Below are positions 14,165 to 25,573 of a stretch of DNA of 64,000 nucleotides, piece by piece. Made by a program: the position numbers and the translations under genes. Where the stretch lies: the NCBI GenBank assembly GCA_964016885.1, contig OZ024745.1:46562001-46626000 (forward strand), read 5' to 3'. Source of the DNA: Eledone cirrhosa. Taxonomy: Eukaryota. Under the pieces are notes generated by a model. It made no database searches. It had not been told where the DNA came from and was given only the letters and a program-made list of their open reading frames with translations. Numbering within the stretch: position 1 is the stretch's first letter; each line of letters starts with the position of its first letter.

Positions 14165-15256
14165 TTAGGTGTAGTGTTGGCGAATCTCGGGAAGCATGGA
14201 GGCCTTAAAGGATGCAGTGTCTCGATAGCTAACAACCGATGCAGGTAGTTTGTTCCATGCTTCAGCAACTCTGAGCGTGAAAAAATGTTTCCGAAAGTCA
14301 TGGGAACTGTGCTGTTTTCTGACTTTGTGGGCATGCCCACGTGTGCTAGACACATGGAAATCAAAATGGTACTCAGGGTTGTTGTTGGCAAGATGGTTAA
14401 TAATTTTGTGGGTGTTTACCAAGAGAGTTGCCAGACGTCGGAGCTTCAATGTATTCATGCCCAGGGAAGCAAGGTGCTCAGAGTATGGTAGATGCCTGAT
14501 GGAGGGTATTCGCTTGGTTGCACGTCTCTGAACAGTTTCCAGGCGGTCAATGTTCTGAGCAAGATAGGGGTTCCAGACTGGTGATGCAAATTCTAAGTGT
14601 GGCCGCACCATAGCCATGAAGAGCCTTAAATAAATAGCTGGAGAGCGGCTGACAAAGGTCTTGCTGAGTGATGCTAAGACACCCTCAGCCCTCTTGACAA
14701 TTTTAGAGACGTGCTTTGTCCAACGCAAATCGCTGCTGACCGTAATGCCCAGGTCACGTTCACAAGAAGACTTCTTGATATTAGTGCTGTGGAGGGAGTA
14801 TGTGGACACTGGGTTTTTACTCCCAAAATGCATGGTGGTGCACTTGTCCACAGCTAGCTTGAGTTGCCAGTCTGAGATCCATTGTTGCATTGTGTCCAGG
14901 TCAGACTGCAAGCAAGATCTATAGTGTTCAGGATCTGTCCTTTTTATCTCAAGGTACAGCTTGATGTCATCTGCGTACTTTAGTACTGTGGCATTCTTTA
15001 AGTTGGCATCTATGTCATTAATATATGCCACAAACAAAAGGGGGCCAAGAACAGATCCCTGTGGTACACCAGATGACATCTCATATGGTGAGGAATGCTG
15101 TCCCAGAACCGTGACTACCTCTCTTCGACTGAGAATGAAGGACTTCAACCAGTTAAAAAGATCATCCTTCACACCCATTGCAGAGAGTTTTGCCATAAGC
15201 CTTTTGTGTGGCACAGAATTGAAAGCTTTGGCAAAGTCAAGGTAAACAACATCCAC
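14165..15256 (-). pseudogene. CR1 ORF2 C-terminal part: reverse transcriptase, frameshifted from the upstream part
   Basis: YLDFAKAFNSVPH, SGVPQGSVLGPLLF, YADD, ERDLG, RPHLEFASPVWNP, VQRRATK. Confidence 0.95.
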
Positions 15257-15382
15257 CCATGAGCCGCCATCAGTGATCCGGGTGATGTCTTCAAGAAACT
15301 CGATAAGTTGATCACAGCAGCTGGAGTTGGAGATAAATCCAAATTGTGAGGGCCGGATAAGACTGTGAGAGTTCCAGAAGTT

Positions 15383-16927
15383 TCAAAGTGTTTCTCTGAC
15401 ACAGGATTCCATCAGTTTGGCAATGCAACTAGTAAGACTGACTGGACGATAGTTCACAGGTGATGTGCGGTCACCCTTTTTGAACAGAGGAATGACACTG
15501 GCAGTTTTCCACTGTTCTGGAGTAGCACCGTTGTTCAAACAGAATTGGAAGAAGCGTGATAACTGGTGCAGAAGGAAGTACCCACCACGTTTAAGAAGCA
15601 GGTACGTAACATCATCATGACCAGGAGAGGCATGGTTGCGTTTATTTTTAAGGTGACGTCGCAGCATTGCAGGTGTAAATTCCATGGTTGTAATGGAGTC
15701 CGGTGTCATAGGTGGTGGAGATGGTACACTCAGGTCTTCAATAGTGAAAATGCCTGCATAGCATTCAGCAATGAGCTCTGCGCATTCCTTGGGGTCGTCA
15801 GTAACCTGGCTTGTGTGGGGATTGTGAAGAGGACCAACTTGAGAGTGAGGCCTCTGCTTTGAGTGAACATACTTCCAGAACACCTTACTGTTAGGGCTGG
15901 TTGCTATGCACTGCTCAAATTGAAGCACTGCCTTTTTTGTCACCTGTTTGAGGTGGTTGGACGATCTATTTCGCCTCTTTCTATTAATGTCTGATTTGTG
16001 AAGTTTGTACTCACGTTCAGCATTGCGACGTTCTTTTCTGGCAAGACGGACTGCTGCAGTCTCCCAAATTTCACTTTTTGGATTTTTTTTCCGCTTACGT
16101 GGCACCGATGCTGCACATGCTGTCCATATTGAGCTCAGGATGTTCTGGAGTACAGTGTTGACATCTCCAGAGTCGTAGAACTCAAGCCAGTTTGGCTGTT
16201 GCAACTCGGTGCAGTAACAGTTCCAGTCTGCTTTATTCCAGTCAAAGTGAGCAGTTTGGAGATGGTTGTGGTTCTTGTTACTGCCCATGAGGGATAGATT
16301 GGCAATGATCATAGCATGATCAGAGTCACCTAAAGGTTCCTCAGCAGTAACACTAATGACCGTTTCAGGAGTAGTGGTGAAGAGTAGGTCCAAAGTGTTG
16401 TCACCTCTTGTTGGGGAGGTGACTACTTGGGACCAATTCGAGTCCAGCACTAGCTCAAGGAAGTCATTTGCACTTGGCGGCCAATGAAAGGTTTCCCAGT
16501 CAATCTCAGGGTGATTGAAGTCTCCTGCAATAAAAACATAAGTGGCTGTTTTCCTGGCAGCAGCTCTGAGGATATCACAAAGTTGAGTGTCCTGATGATA
16601 ATTTGGGGGACGGTAAACGACTCCAAGTAGCAGTGTTGACATGGTCATATGTATATCGCAGAAAAAAACTTCCTGCTGTGATTGGTTCAAATCAACACAA
16701 GGAATTGCCGACAAATTTGACCGAATGTAGACCATTACACCACCACCACGACGATTAATGCGGTCTTTACGAAACAGGTTGTAGCCAGTAATGCTGAAAA
16801 CCCCATCACAGAGTAAGGGATGTGCCCAAGTTTCCGTGACTGTAATGAAGTCAGTGTTGATACTTTTGACATAGGAGTCAAAAAGATGAATCTTATTGCA
16901 TAGACTACGTGCATTCAAGGACAACAA
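15383..16927 (-). pseudogene. CR1 ORF2 N-terminal part: APE endonuclease and start of RT
   Basis: LNARSL, VTETW, RKDR...GGGV, GVVYRPP, AGDFN, SPTR.DNTLDL, LGDSDH, then PLFKKG...NYRPVSLTS. Confidence 0.93.
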
Positions 16928-17431
16928 TTTGTACCTTGATTCCAGTATATGATTATGTGCAGGGGATGGCAGGTTGTTCTGATTTAGTTTCCCAGAGTTT
17001 TTTCAGTTTCTTTATTGTCAGTTGTTGTGGGTACAGTGTTTTCAGACCAGCTGGTATCTCTTTTCCATTTTTCACCAGCCTTAACAAACTTCCATATCTG
17101 CCCATCATCACATAGGCTGAAGCTTTCATGTTCTGCCGAGCTGCGGTTTAAGGAAGCTGCAGCATGCAACTTTGGGCGGACATCAGGTGGAAGACCAGGG
17201 CATGTTCGGAAAGCAATCCGACTTTCACGCCTAGCTTTATCAGAGACTACAAGGTATGAACGTGCCTCAGTTGAGTTTGAAAACGACTGTCTAATTAGCC
17301 TGGGTTTCGGGCCTGGTCGGCCAAGGCGTAGAGCAGCCTGAGGATCAACTATGTATCTGTGTATATCCATATATACACACAGATACATATATATATGTGT
17401 GTTTATGTATGTATGTATATATATATATATA

Positions 17432-17547
17432 TCATCATCATCATCATCATCATCAGGTTTAGCGTCCGTGTTCCACGCTTGCATGGGTTTGGACGGGGGT
17501 TTTCCCACTTGAGGCAAGAGTGGTTGTCTTGCTCGCATAGGACTGTC
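17432..17547 (-). mobile_element. Short RTE 3'-end fragment
   Basis: Nearly identical to 20945-21058; begins with (CAT)n, which is the (TGA)n tail on the minus strand; flanked by TA/TG microsatellites. Confidence 0.8.
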
Positions 17548-18300
17548 ATATATATATGTGTGTGTGTGTGTGTGTCTGTTTATATATACATATATTTTTA
17601 TGTGTATATTTATATATATATGTATATATGTGTATATATATATATGTGTATATGTGTTTGTATATGAGTATATATGTGTGTATATGTATATATGTGTATA
17701 TATATAAGTATATATGTATATATATATATATGCGTGTGTGTGTGAATGTAGCGAAGATAATACGTCAGCAATGATGTGTTCGTGAGAATGTCGGTATGCC
17801 GACAGCCAGACATACAGACAGATATTATATGGGCTCGACGGAGATGACTGGCGCCTAACACCCCTTTAACAACAGAAAATTGAAAAATAAAAGCTGCAGT
17901 TATCTTTAGAATGCAAGTTTGAAGTCAATCAGAGTAGAAATGTGGATTTGTATAGACTTTGCAAAAATGAGGACACACAGACTACAGTTTTATATATATA
18001 AAACACATACTTGAATTTCTTAAAATTGAAACTAAACCCACAACAGCTAATCACATCCTAGTTGTAAATAGAAACCTAATGCCAACGGTCAGAATAAACA
18101 AATGAGACATGGAGATTTAATCTATGTTTTTGTGATACTTGCTAAAACTGACATTCAAACAAACAGATCCATGGTTTTTCAAGACCGAAGGATGCCAATA
18201 ATAATAACAATGATAATACTATATCAAGATTAAACCAGTATGAAACTAGTTAGACCATTTTTCAACAGTGTACTTGATACTTGGGATAGAAGAGTCTGAC

Positions 18301-18398
18301 TATATTAGAAAGAGTCAGGGCCCGACAGCTCTTGCCATCTCAACAGCTAGTCAAAATGGCAAGAGCTCAGCCATTGGGCCTCGACTCTTTCTAATATA
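18301..18398. repeat. ~98-bp imperfect hairpin (MITE-like)
   Basis: Outer arms TATATTAGAAAGAGTC/GACTCTTTCTAATATA (16 bp); inner arms AGCTCTTGCCAT/ATGGCAAGAGCT (12 bp). Confidence 0.75.
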
Positions 18399-18700
18399 TA
18401 CACACACATAATACATACACACACAAATATATATGCTTATATACAAATATAGGAATATATATGTGTGTGTGTGTGTGTAGATCCCGAGTGATATTGAGAA
18501 GAACCAGAGTAAATAAGATACTTAATACATTGGTAGAGTGAAAAGAACGAGATTTGATATAGAAATGGCTTCTACAGGACTAGAACTGTTTCATTCATAT
18601 GAAATTATCAGGAATGCCCTGACCATCTCATTGTATATATATATATATAGGGTGTGTAAAATTCCCGAAATTATATATATATATATATATATACACAAAT

Positions 18701-19200
18701 ATAATAATAATGAAATTATTGTGTACAGTGCTCAGGTGCACTACAATTCATCAAAGGTGCATATATAGTACATAGAATACTATACAAATGTCAGGGAAGT
18801 GAATAGTGTATGAGTTATGATATACATGTGTGTATGTGTATGGAGGGGGAACATTAGGTGTAGTGTTGGCAAATCTCGGGAAGTATGGAGGTTTTAAAGG
18901 ATGCAGTGTTTCGACAGCTAACAACTGATGCAGGTAGTTTGTTCCATGCTTCAGCAACTCTGAGCGTGAAAAAATGTTTCCAAAAGTCATGGGAACTGTG
19001 CTGTTTTCTGACTTTGTGGGCATGCCCACGTGTGCTAGACACATGGAAATCAAAATGGTACTCAGAGTTGTTGTTGGCAAGATGGTTAATAATTTTGTGG
19101 GTGTTTACCAAGAGAGTTGCCAGACGTCGGAGCTTCAATGTATCCATGCCCAGGGAAGCAAGACGTTCAGAGTATTTATGGTAGATATCTGATGGAGGGT
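18701..19200 (-). mobile_element. CR1 3' fragment, same family as 14001-17345
   Basis: ORF 18854-19225 nearly matches the C-terminus of the 14165 ORF; same 3'UTR and tail. Confidence 0.93.
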
Positions 19201-19377
19201 ATATATAAAATATAAATATAAACACCCCACTCTCCAGAGCGTGAAATTAATAAACATTCGTTGTACTGCCTCTCTGTTTTGTCCCTGTTCAAATTTTTCC
19301 ATCCTATATATATATATATATATACATGTATATACATATATACAAAATATGAATATATACATATATATAAATATATA

Positions 19378-19752
19378 TCGTTTCTGAACTAAAAGCTTGT
19401 TGAGAAAGTGACTTCCTTGTTCGATCATCTTACCAAAAGCTTAACATCATTTGTCTAAGCAGACAGTACTTGATTTAGGAGTTGCAGAAACCCAAATGCT
19501 GGATTTTACCAACCATCCAGGGGTCCGGGTATAATTTTCAATCATATTTTATTTTTTTTACCCGAATTACTTGGTCGTTTCTATGGCTGTGCGGATAATG
19601 GTTTAACCATCGTCTCAGTGTGTTTGGCCTTTTAACTTATGTTGTAGCTCTGGTCTCTGGTTAACTAGCTTCTATGGAGTGCTTGCCACACATCTCGGAA
19701 GTTGTTTTTCGCTAATTTCCAATAGCCGAAATATGATTCTCGCTAATTTATA
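19378..19752 (-). mobile_element. Unclassified ~380-bp repeat flanked by (TA)n
   Basis: Homologous to 55835-56220(+) and 56352-56630(+); shared motifs TAAATTAGCGAGAATC, CAACTTCC, ACCCGGACCC, TTTGGGTTTCTG, TGATCGAACAAGG. Confidence 0.75.
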
Positions 19753-19754
19753 TT

Positions 19755-19798
<44 letters not shown>

Positions 19799-19871
19799 CA
19801 TACATATATATATATAGATATATTGTATATAAAATATATCTATATATACACACACACATATATATATATAT

Positions 19872-20060
19872 AATTGTTTCTACTTTTGGCACAAGGCCAG
19901 CAATTATCCAGTACATTACTGGTACTTTATTTTATCGGCCCCATAAGGATGAAAGGCAAAGTTAACCTTGATGGGATTTGAACTCAGACCATAAAGGGAC
20001 ATAACTATGCTACAAAGCATGGTGTCCAACCATCTACCGATACTGCCAATCCACCGCCCT
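19872..20060 (-). mobile_element. SINE family B
   Basis: Reverse complement of the 11361 copy; inserted in (TA)n. Confidence 0.85.
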
Positions 20061-20404
20061 AATATATATATATATAATGTAACATAATCTTAACACTGAT
20101 ATTAGTCAAACAATATTGCTTTTTTTGCTGTAATATTATATTAATCTGACTATTCATAATATTTGTTATGCTTCACTTGGCTCAAACAGAACTCATATAG
20201 TTTATAAAGTTATCAGCTGAAACACCTGTTGGCAAAGCAATTCTTGTTTTATACACATCTTACATATAATTATTAGCTTTTGGTTTCATGGCCACATGAC
20301 AATTTAGCCTGAATCCATAACTATAAAACTGAATGAATACATGCATATCTGCATATCTGAATTCATGTATATTCATGTATACATACCCAAACACACAGAT
20401 ATAT

Positions 20405-20456
<52 letters not shown>

Positions 20457-20461
<5 letters not shown>

Positions 20462-20567
20462 AACCAGTAAGACCCCGACAGCTGAGCTCAAGCCGTTTCG
20501 ACGGCTAATTCAGAATTAGCCGTCGAAACGGCTTGAGCTCAGCTGTCGGGGTCTTACTGGTTCCTAT
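20457..20567. repeat. Perfect palindrome, 55-bp arms, 1-nt centre; right arm carries the GAAA-stemIII-GUC half of a hammerhead
   Basis: Arms are exact reverse complements around A20512. GAAA at 20525-28; stem ACGGCT/AGCTGT; GTC at 20545-47. Confidence 0.9.
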
Positions 20568-20643
20568 TACCCACTCTACTACCCCAAGTATTGAGTACTT
20601 TGGTGCGTTATGGTCCACCTGGTTCCTTACCACATTTCCTTCG

Positions 20644-20700
<57 letters not shown>

Positions 20701-20851
20701 CATATATATATACGCATATATATGTACATATATATATATACATACATATATATATATATATACATACATATATATATACATATATATAAATACACATATA
20801 TATATAAACATTTATATATATATATATGCATACATATATATATGCATACGT

Positions 20852-20942
<91 letters not shown>

Positions 20943-20943
20943 G

Positions 20944-22074
20944 ATCATCATCATCATCATCATCAACGTTTAACGTCCGTGCTCCATGCTTGCATGGGTT
21001 TGGACGGGGGTTTTCCCACTTGAGGCAAGAGTGGTTGTCTTGCTCGCATAGGACTGTCTGGCGGGTTTTCTACAGCTGGATGCCCTTCCTAACACCAACC
21101 ACATTTACAGTGTGGGGCTGGGAGGTTTTTACCATGTTGCCTACACGGCCACATTACAGCGTGGACTGTCTGGCAGGTTTTCTACAGCTGGATGCCCTTC
21201 CTGACACCAACCACATTTACAGTGTGGGGCTGGGAGGTTTTTACCATGTTGCCTACACGGCCACATTACAGCGTGGACTGTGTGTTTTTTGTCGTGACAC
21301 CTACACGATCTCATTTGTTTCGGCCTGGATGTTGTGGCACCAACATAACTTTACATTGAAGGGGCGGTGTGGATGGGGTGGGTGGTGGTGGTGGGACGGG
21401 GGTGTATTTTGTTAGAGATGCCTACTGGCTGTAGTAGGTTTTACTTTGTATTTAGGTAAGGCGGGTCTTCTCTATTACTGAGTACCGCCAAAGGTCTCGG
21501 TCCAGTGACATTGTCTTGGAGAGGTGTAAGTGTGTGAGGTCGGAATTTATCAGCTCGTCCCAGATTTTTCTGGGTCTGCCTACTCCGTAGCTACTGTCTA
21601 TCTTTATTGCCCTGCACTTTGTTATACAGTTGTCGTCTTTCATGCGCATCACGTGACTATACCAACGTAGCCTTCTCTCGAGTAAACAACATCTCATCCC
21701 TCTTATTTCTAATTTTTTCCTTAGTTCGCTTATGCTTTGCCGTTCACGTATGTTACTATTACACATCCAGCGGAGCATGCAAGCTTCGTTCCTCTCCAGT
21801 CTGCGTATATCCTCTGCACGCAATGTCCAGGTCTTACTGCCATGTAACATTGCTGTTCGTATGCAGGCATCATACAACCTGCCTTTCATTTTTAGGGAGA
21901 ACCCTTTAGCGGCTAATAGTGGTATAAGCTCTCTGAACTTTTTCCAACCAGTTCTGACTCTAGCTACTGTACTTTCAGAGCACCCTCCCCCACTGCTGAT
22001 TTTGTCGTCCAGGTAACGGAAGCTGTCCACTATTTCTATAGAACCCTCTGCGCAATTGAAAGAGCTAGTATTTT
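20944..22074 (-). mobile_element. RTE LINE 3' portion, left member of an inverted pair, with a 112-bp tandem duplication in the 3'UTR
   Basis: ORF 21452-22030 (SFRYL..., ERRLRWYSHVMR, GVGRPRK); GGACTG anchors at 21051, 21163 and 21275. Confidence 0.92.
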
Positions 22075-22124
22075 ATAGATATATATACATATATATATAT
22101 ACATATATATATATACATATATAT

Positions 22125-22161
<37 letters not shown>

Positions 22162-22163
<2 letters not shown>

Positions 22164-23387
22164 AGTTCTAGTTTGTAAGAAAGAAAATAAGGCGGCAGCC
22201 CCTTCCGGGAAGTGGCCATGCTCAGTGTGTAGGAAAGGCGTAGGTAGAAACTCCATTTTGTGTCCCAAATGCAAAGTATGGGTGCATAAAAGATGTAGTG
22301 GGATCACAGGTAAGCTAACTAAGAACATAGATTTTACATGTGGCCGGTGCTCTGGTGCAATAAGTAGCAGCAAGTTCCCACAAAATACTAGCTCTTTCAA
22401 CTGCGCAGAGTGTCCTATAGAAATAGTGGACAGCTTCCGTTACCTGGGTGACAAAATCAGCAGTGGGGGAGGGTGCTCTGAAAGTACAGTAGCTAGAGTC
22501 AGAACTGGATGGAAAAAGTTCAGAGAGCTTATACCACTATTAGCCGCTAAAGGGTTCTCCCTAAAAATGAAAGGCAAGTTGTATGATGCCTGCATACGAA
22601 CAGCAATGTTACATGGCAGTAAGACCTGGACATTGTGTGCAGAGGATATACGCAGACTAGAGAGGAACGAAGCTTGCATGCTCCGCTGGATGTGTAATAG
22701 AAACATACGTGAACGGCAAAGCATAAACGAACTAAGGAAAAAATTAGAAATAAGAGGGATCAGATGTTGTTTACTCGAGAGAAGGCTACGTTGGTATGGT
22801 CACGTGATGCGCATGAAAGACGATAGCTGCATAACAAAGTGCAGGGCAATAAAGATAGACGGTAGCCACGGAGTAGGCAGACCCAGAAAAACCTGGGACG
22901 AGCTGATAAATTCCGACCTCACACACTTACACCTCTCCAAGACAATGTCACTGGACCGAGACCTTTGGCAGTACTCAGTAATAGAGAAGACCCGCCTTAC
23001 CTAAATACAAAGTAAAACCTACTACAGTCAATAGGCATCTCTAACAAAATACACCCCCGTCCCACCACCCCCACCCCATCCACACCGCCCCTTTCAATGT
23101 AAAGTTATGTTGGTGCCACAACATCCAGGCCGAAACAAATGAGATCGTGTAGGTGTCGCGACAAAAAAACACACAGTCCACGCTGTAATGTGGCCGTGTA
23201 GGTAACACGGTAAAAACCTCCCAGTCCACACTGTAAACGTGGTTGGTGTTAGGAAGGGCATCCAGCCGTAGAAAACCCTTCAGACAGTCCTATACGAGCA
23301 AGACAACCAATCTTGCCTCAAGTGGAAAAATTCCCGTCCAAACCCATGCTAGCGTGGAAGATGGACATTAAACGATGATGATGATGA

Positions 23388-23390
<3 letters not shown>
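22162..23390 (+). mobile_element. RTE LINE 3' portion, right member, including C4HC3 PHD-like finger; (TGA)n tail
   Basis: ORF 22225-23004: CSVC..CPKC.VWVHKRC..CGRC, then SFRYLGD, LHGSKTW, RRLRWYGHVMR, GRPRKTW. Confidence 0.93.
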
Positions 23391-23424
<34 letters not shown>

Positions 23425-23470
23425 CATATATATATATAACCATATATATATATATATATATACACATATC

Positions 23471-23536
<66 letters not shown>

Positions 23537-23660
23537 CATATGTAGGAGGTGAGTTTTATTGTAGTACAATAAAGCAATGCAGATATCGGATAAGAAGCAC
23601 TCTACAGTTTGTAGGACTGGAGTATACATAATATATAAGATCAAAAGATGGTTAAAAGAG

Positions 23661-23742
23661 TTCCATGTATTTTATTATGCGCATTTCAAAAACAAATATC
23701 ATCATGCAATAACATTTGTGTTTTCATCAGATAAAATAGGAA
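23661..23742 (-). ncRNA. Type I hammerhead ribozyme motif (left arm; fully palindromic stem III ATGCGCAT)
   Basis: Minus strand reads TTCC-TATTTTAT-CTGATGA-[36-nt stem II hairpin]-GAAA-TGCGCA-TA^-ATAAAATA-CAT-GGAA. Confidence 0.85.
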
Positions 23743-23860
23743 GACATGATATGAAGGTTAAAAAACACTTGTGAATAGTGCAGTTTTAAATCAACATATC
23801 ATGATATGTTGATTTAAAACTGCACTATTCACAAGTGTTTTTTAACCTTCATATCATGTC

Positions 23861-23942
23861 TTCCTATTTTATCTGATGAAAACACAAATGTTATTGCATG
23901 ATGATATTTGTTTTTGAAATGTGCATAATAAAATACATGGAA
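23861..23942 (+). ncRNA. Type I hammerhead ribozyme motif (right arm)
   Basis: Stem I TATTTTAT (23865-72)/ATAAAATA (23928-35), extended by TTCC/GGAA past a CAT bulge; CTGATGA 23873-79; stem II 23880-915; GAAA 23916-19; stem III ATGTGCAT; predicted cleavage after A23927. Confidence 0.85.
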
Positions 23943-23983
23943 CTCTTTTAACCATCTTTTGATCTTATATATTAGATATATAC

Positions 23984-24044
<61 letters not shown>

Positions 24045-24052
24045 CATATATA

Positions 24053-24093
<41 letters not shown>

Positions 24094-24110
24094 ATATACA
24101 TACATATATA

Positions 24111-24172
<62 letters not shown>

Positions 24173-24195
24173 CCTATATATATATTTATATATAT

Positions 24196-24226
<31 letters not shown>

Positions 24227-24241
24227 CATACATATATATAC

Positions 24242-24274
<33 letters not shown>

Positions 24275-24287
24275 CATATATATATAT

Positions 24288-24612
24288 GGAGGCACATGGC
24301 TTAGTGGCCTTGCAATCGAAAGGTTGTGAGTTCAATTCTCAGACCGGGTGACGTGTTGTTTCCTTGAGCAAGACACTTTATTTCACATTGCTCCAGTTTA
24401 CTCAGCTGTAGAAATGAGATGATAGGGACTTGGGTCCCTATCATTCCACTGCAAAGTGATCGTGCTGGTGCCATGGCAAAAAGCACCCAGCACTCACTGT
24501 AAATGAGGTTGGTGCTAGGAAGGGCATCCAGCTGTAGAAATCAAGCCAGAATCAGTTCCTGTCCCACCCTTGCAAGCAGGGAAAAGCGGACGTAAAATGA
24601 AAATGAAAATGA
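24288..24612 (+). mobile_element. SINE family A (tRNA head, Nin/Deu-like core, RTE-derived tail)
   Basis: Near-identical to 37502, 44097, 54613(-) and 56631; small deletion in the head; tail (AAAATG)n. Confidence 0.9.
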
Positions 24613-25417
24613 AAATATATACATATATATATACATATATATATACATATATATATATACACATATATATATATATATATATACACATATATATATATAT
24701 ACATACCTATATATATATAAACATATATACATATATTATACACACATATATATATATATGTATAGAGGCATGTGGCCTAGTGGTAAGGATGTTGGACTTA
24801 TGATCATAATGTCATGGATTTGATTCTTGGGTTGTGTCCTGAGAAAAACACTTCATTTCACGTTGCCCCAGTATACTCAGCTGAAAATAACCCTGCGATG
24901 GACTGAAGTCTTGTCCAGGGGGAGTCTTGTACTCTCAACTGCTTCACACCATAAGCACCGGCCAAATGAGCCTTCTGGCTTAAGACAGACTTTAGACTTT
25001 TTTTTAGATACATATATATATATATACACACACACACATATCTATATATACACATACATATATATAAATACATATATATGCATGAGCAAACAAAGGCAGA
25101 GACAAGAAGAAATAAATAAATTAATTAAATAAAAATGGCGTAGGCATTACAATACAATGGGAGGAAACATAATAGTACCATTGATGATGTCACAGATGTG
25201 TGACGAAAGAACTTTGATAGACTATATATATCTGTATTTTTAACCGTTGGTCAATCAATAATAAACATTGATTGCCAGATAAATTAACTATGGAGATATA
25301 AAAGATGCAGAAGCGAAAATCAATCCAAACCAAACTCAGTGTGTTGTTATTATTTCTGGCTATATTATAACAATATGACCCTCCCCAAGTATAACAACAT
25401 ATATATATATATATATA

Positions 25418-25461
<44 letters not shown>

Positions 25462-25532
25462 CATATCATCATCATCATCATCATCGTTCTATGTCCATTT
25501 TGCACCCCACAAAAAAAAAACGGTGATGACGA

Positions 25533-25573
<41 letters not shown>

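Larger units (their letters stand above)
14001..17345 (-). mobile_element. CR1-clade LINE, ~3.3 kb, 5'-truncated in ORF1, with TAA-type repeat tail
   Basis: ORF1 C-terminal remnant (RLGRPGPKPRLI, 16984-17345), APE endonuclease and RT ORFs, 3'UTR, and trinucleotide tail at 14001-14021. Confidence 0.95.
13304..18000 (-). mobile_element. Probable non-autonomous Helitron, split by nested CR1, RTE tail and microsatellites
   Basis: On the minus strand, hairpin ACCCGTGCAACACCGGGT is followed 7 nt later by CTAG|T (13304), the canonical Helitron 3' end. The end near 17990 (TATATAAAACTGTAGTCTGTGTGT) resembles the 5' end of the element at 44626. The right boundary is uncertain. Confidence 0.5.
23629..23974. 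repeat. Spacerless 346-bp palindrome (173-bp arms, one mismatch seen) between (TA)n tracts
   Basis: Symmetry centre between 23801 and 23802 (ATATCA|TGATAT); the only mismatch noticed is 23681/23922. Confidence 0.95.

Noticed and set aside
14250-15862. Plus-strand ORFs overlapping the CR1
   Set aside because: Antisense shadows of the LINE ORF2.
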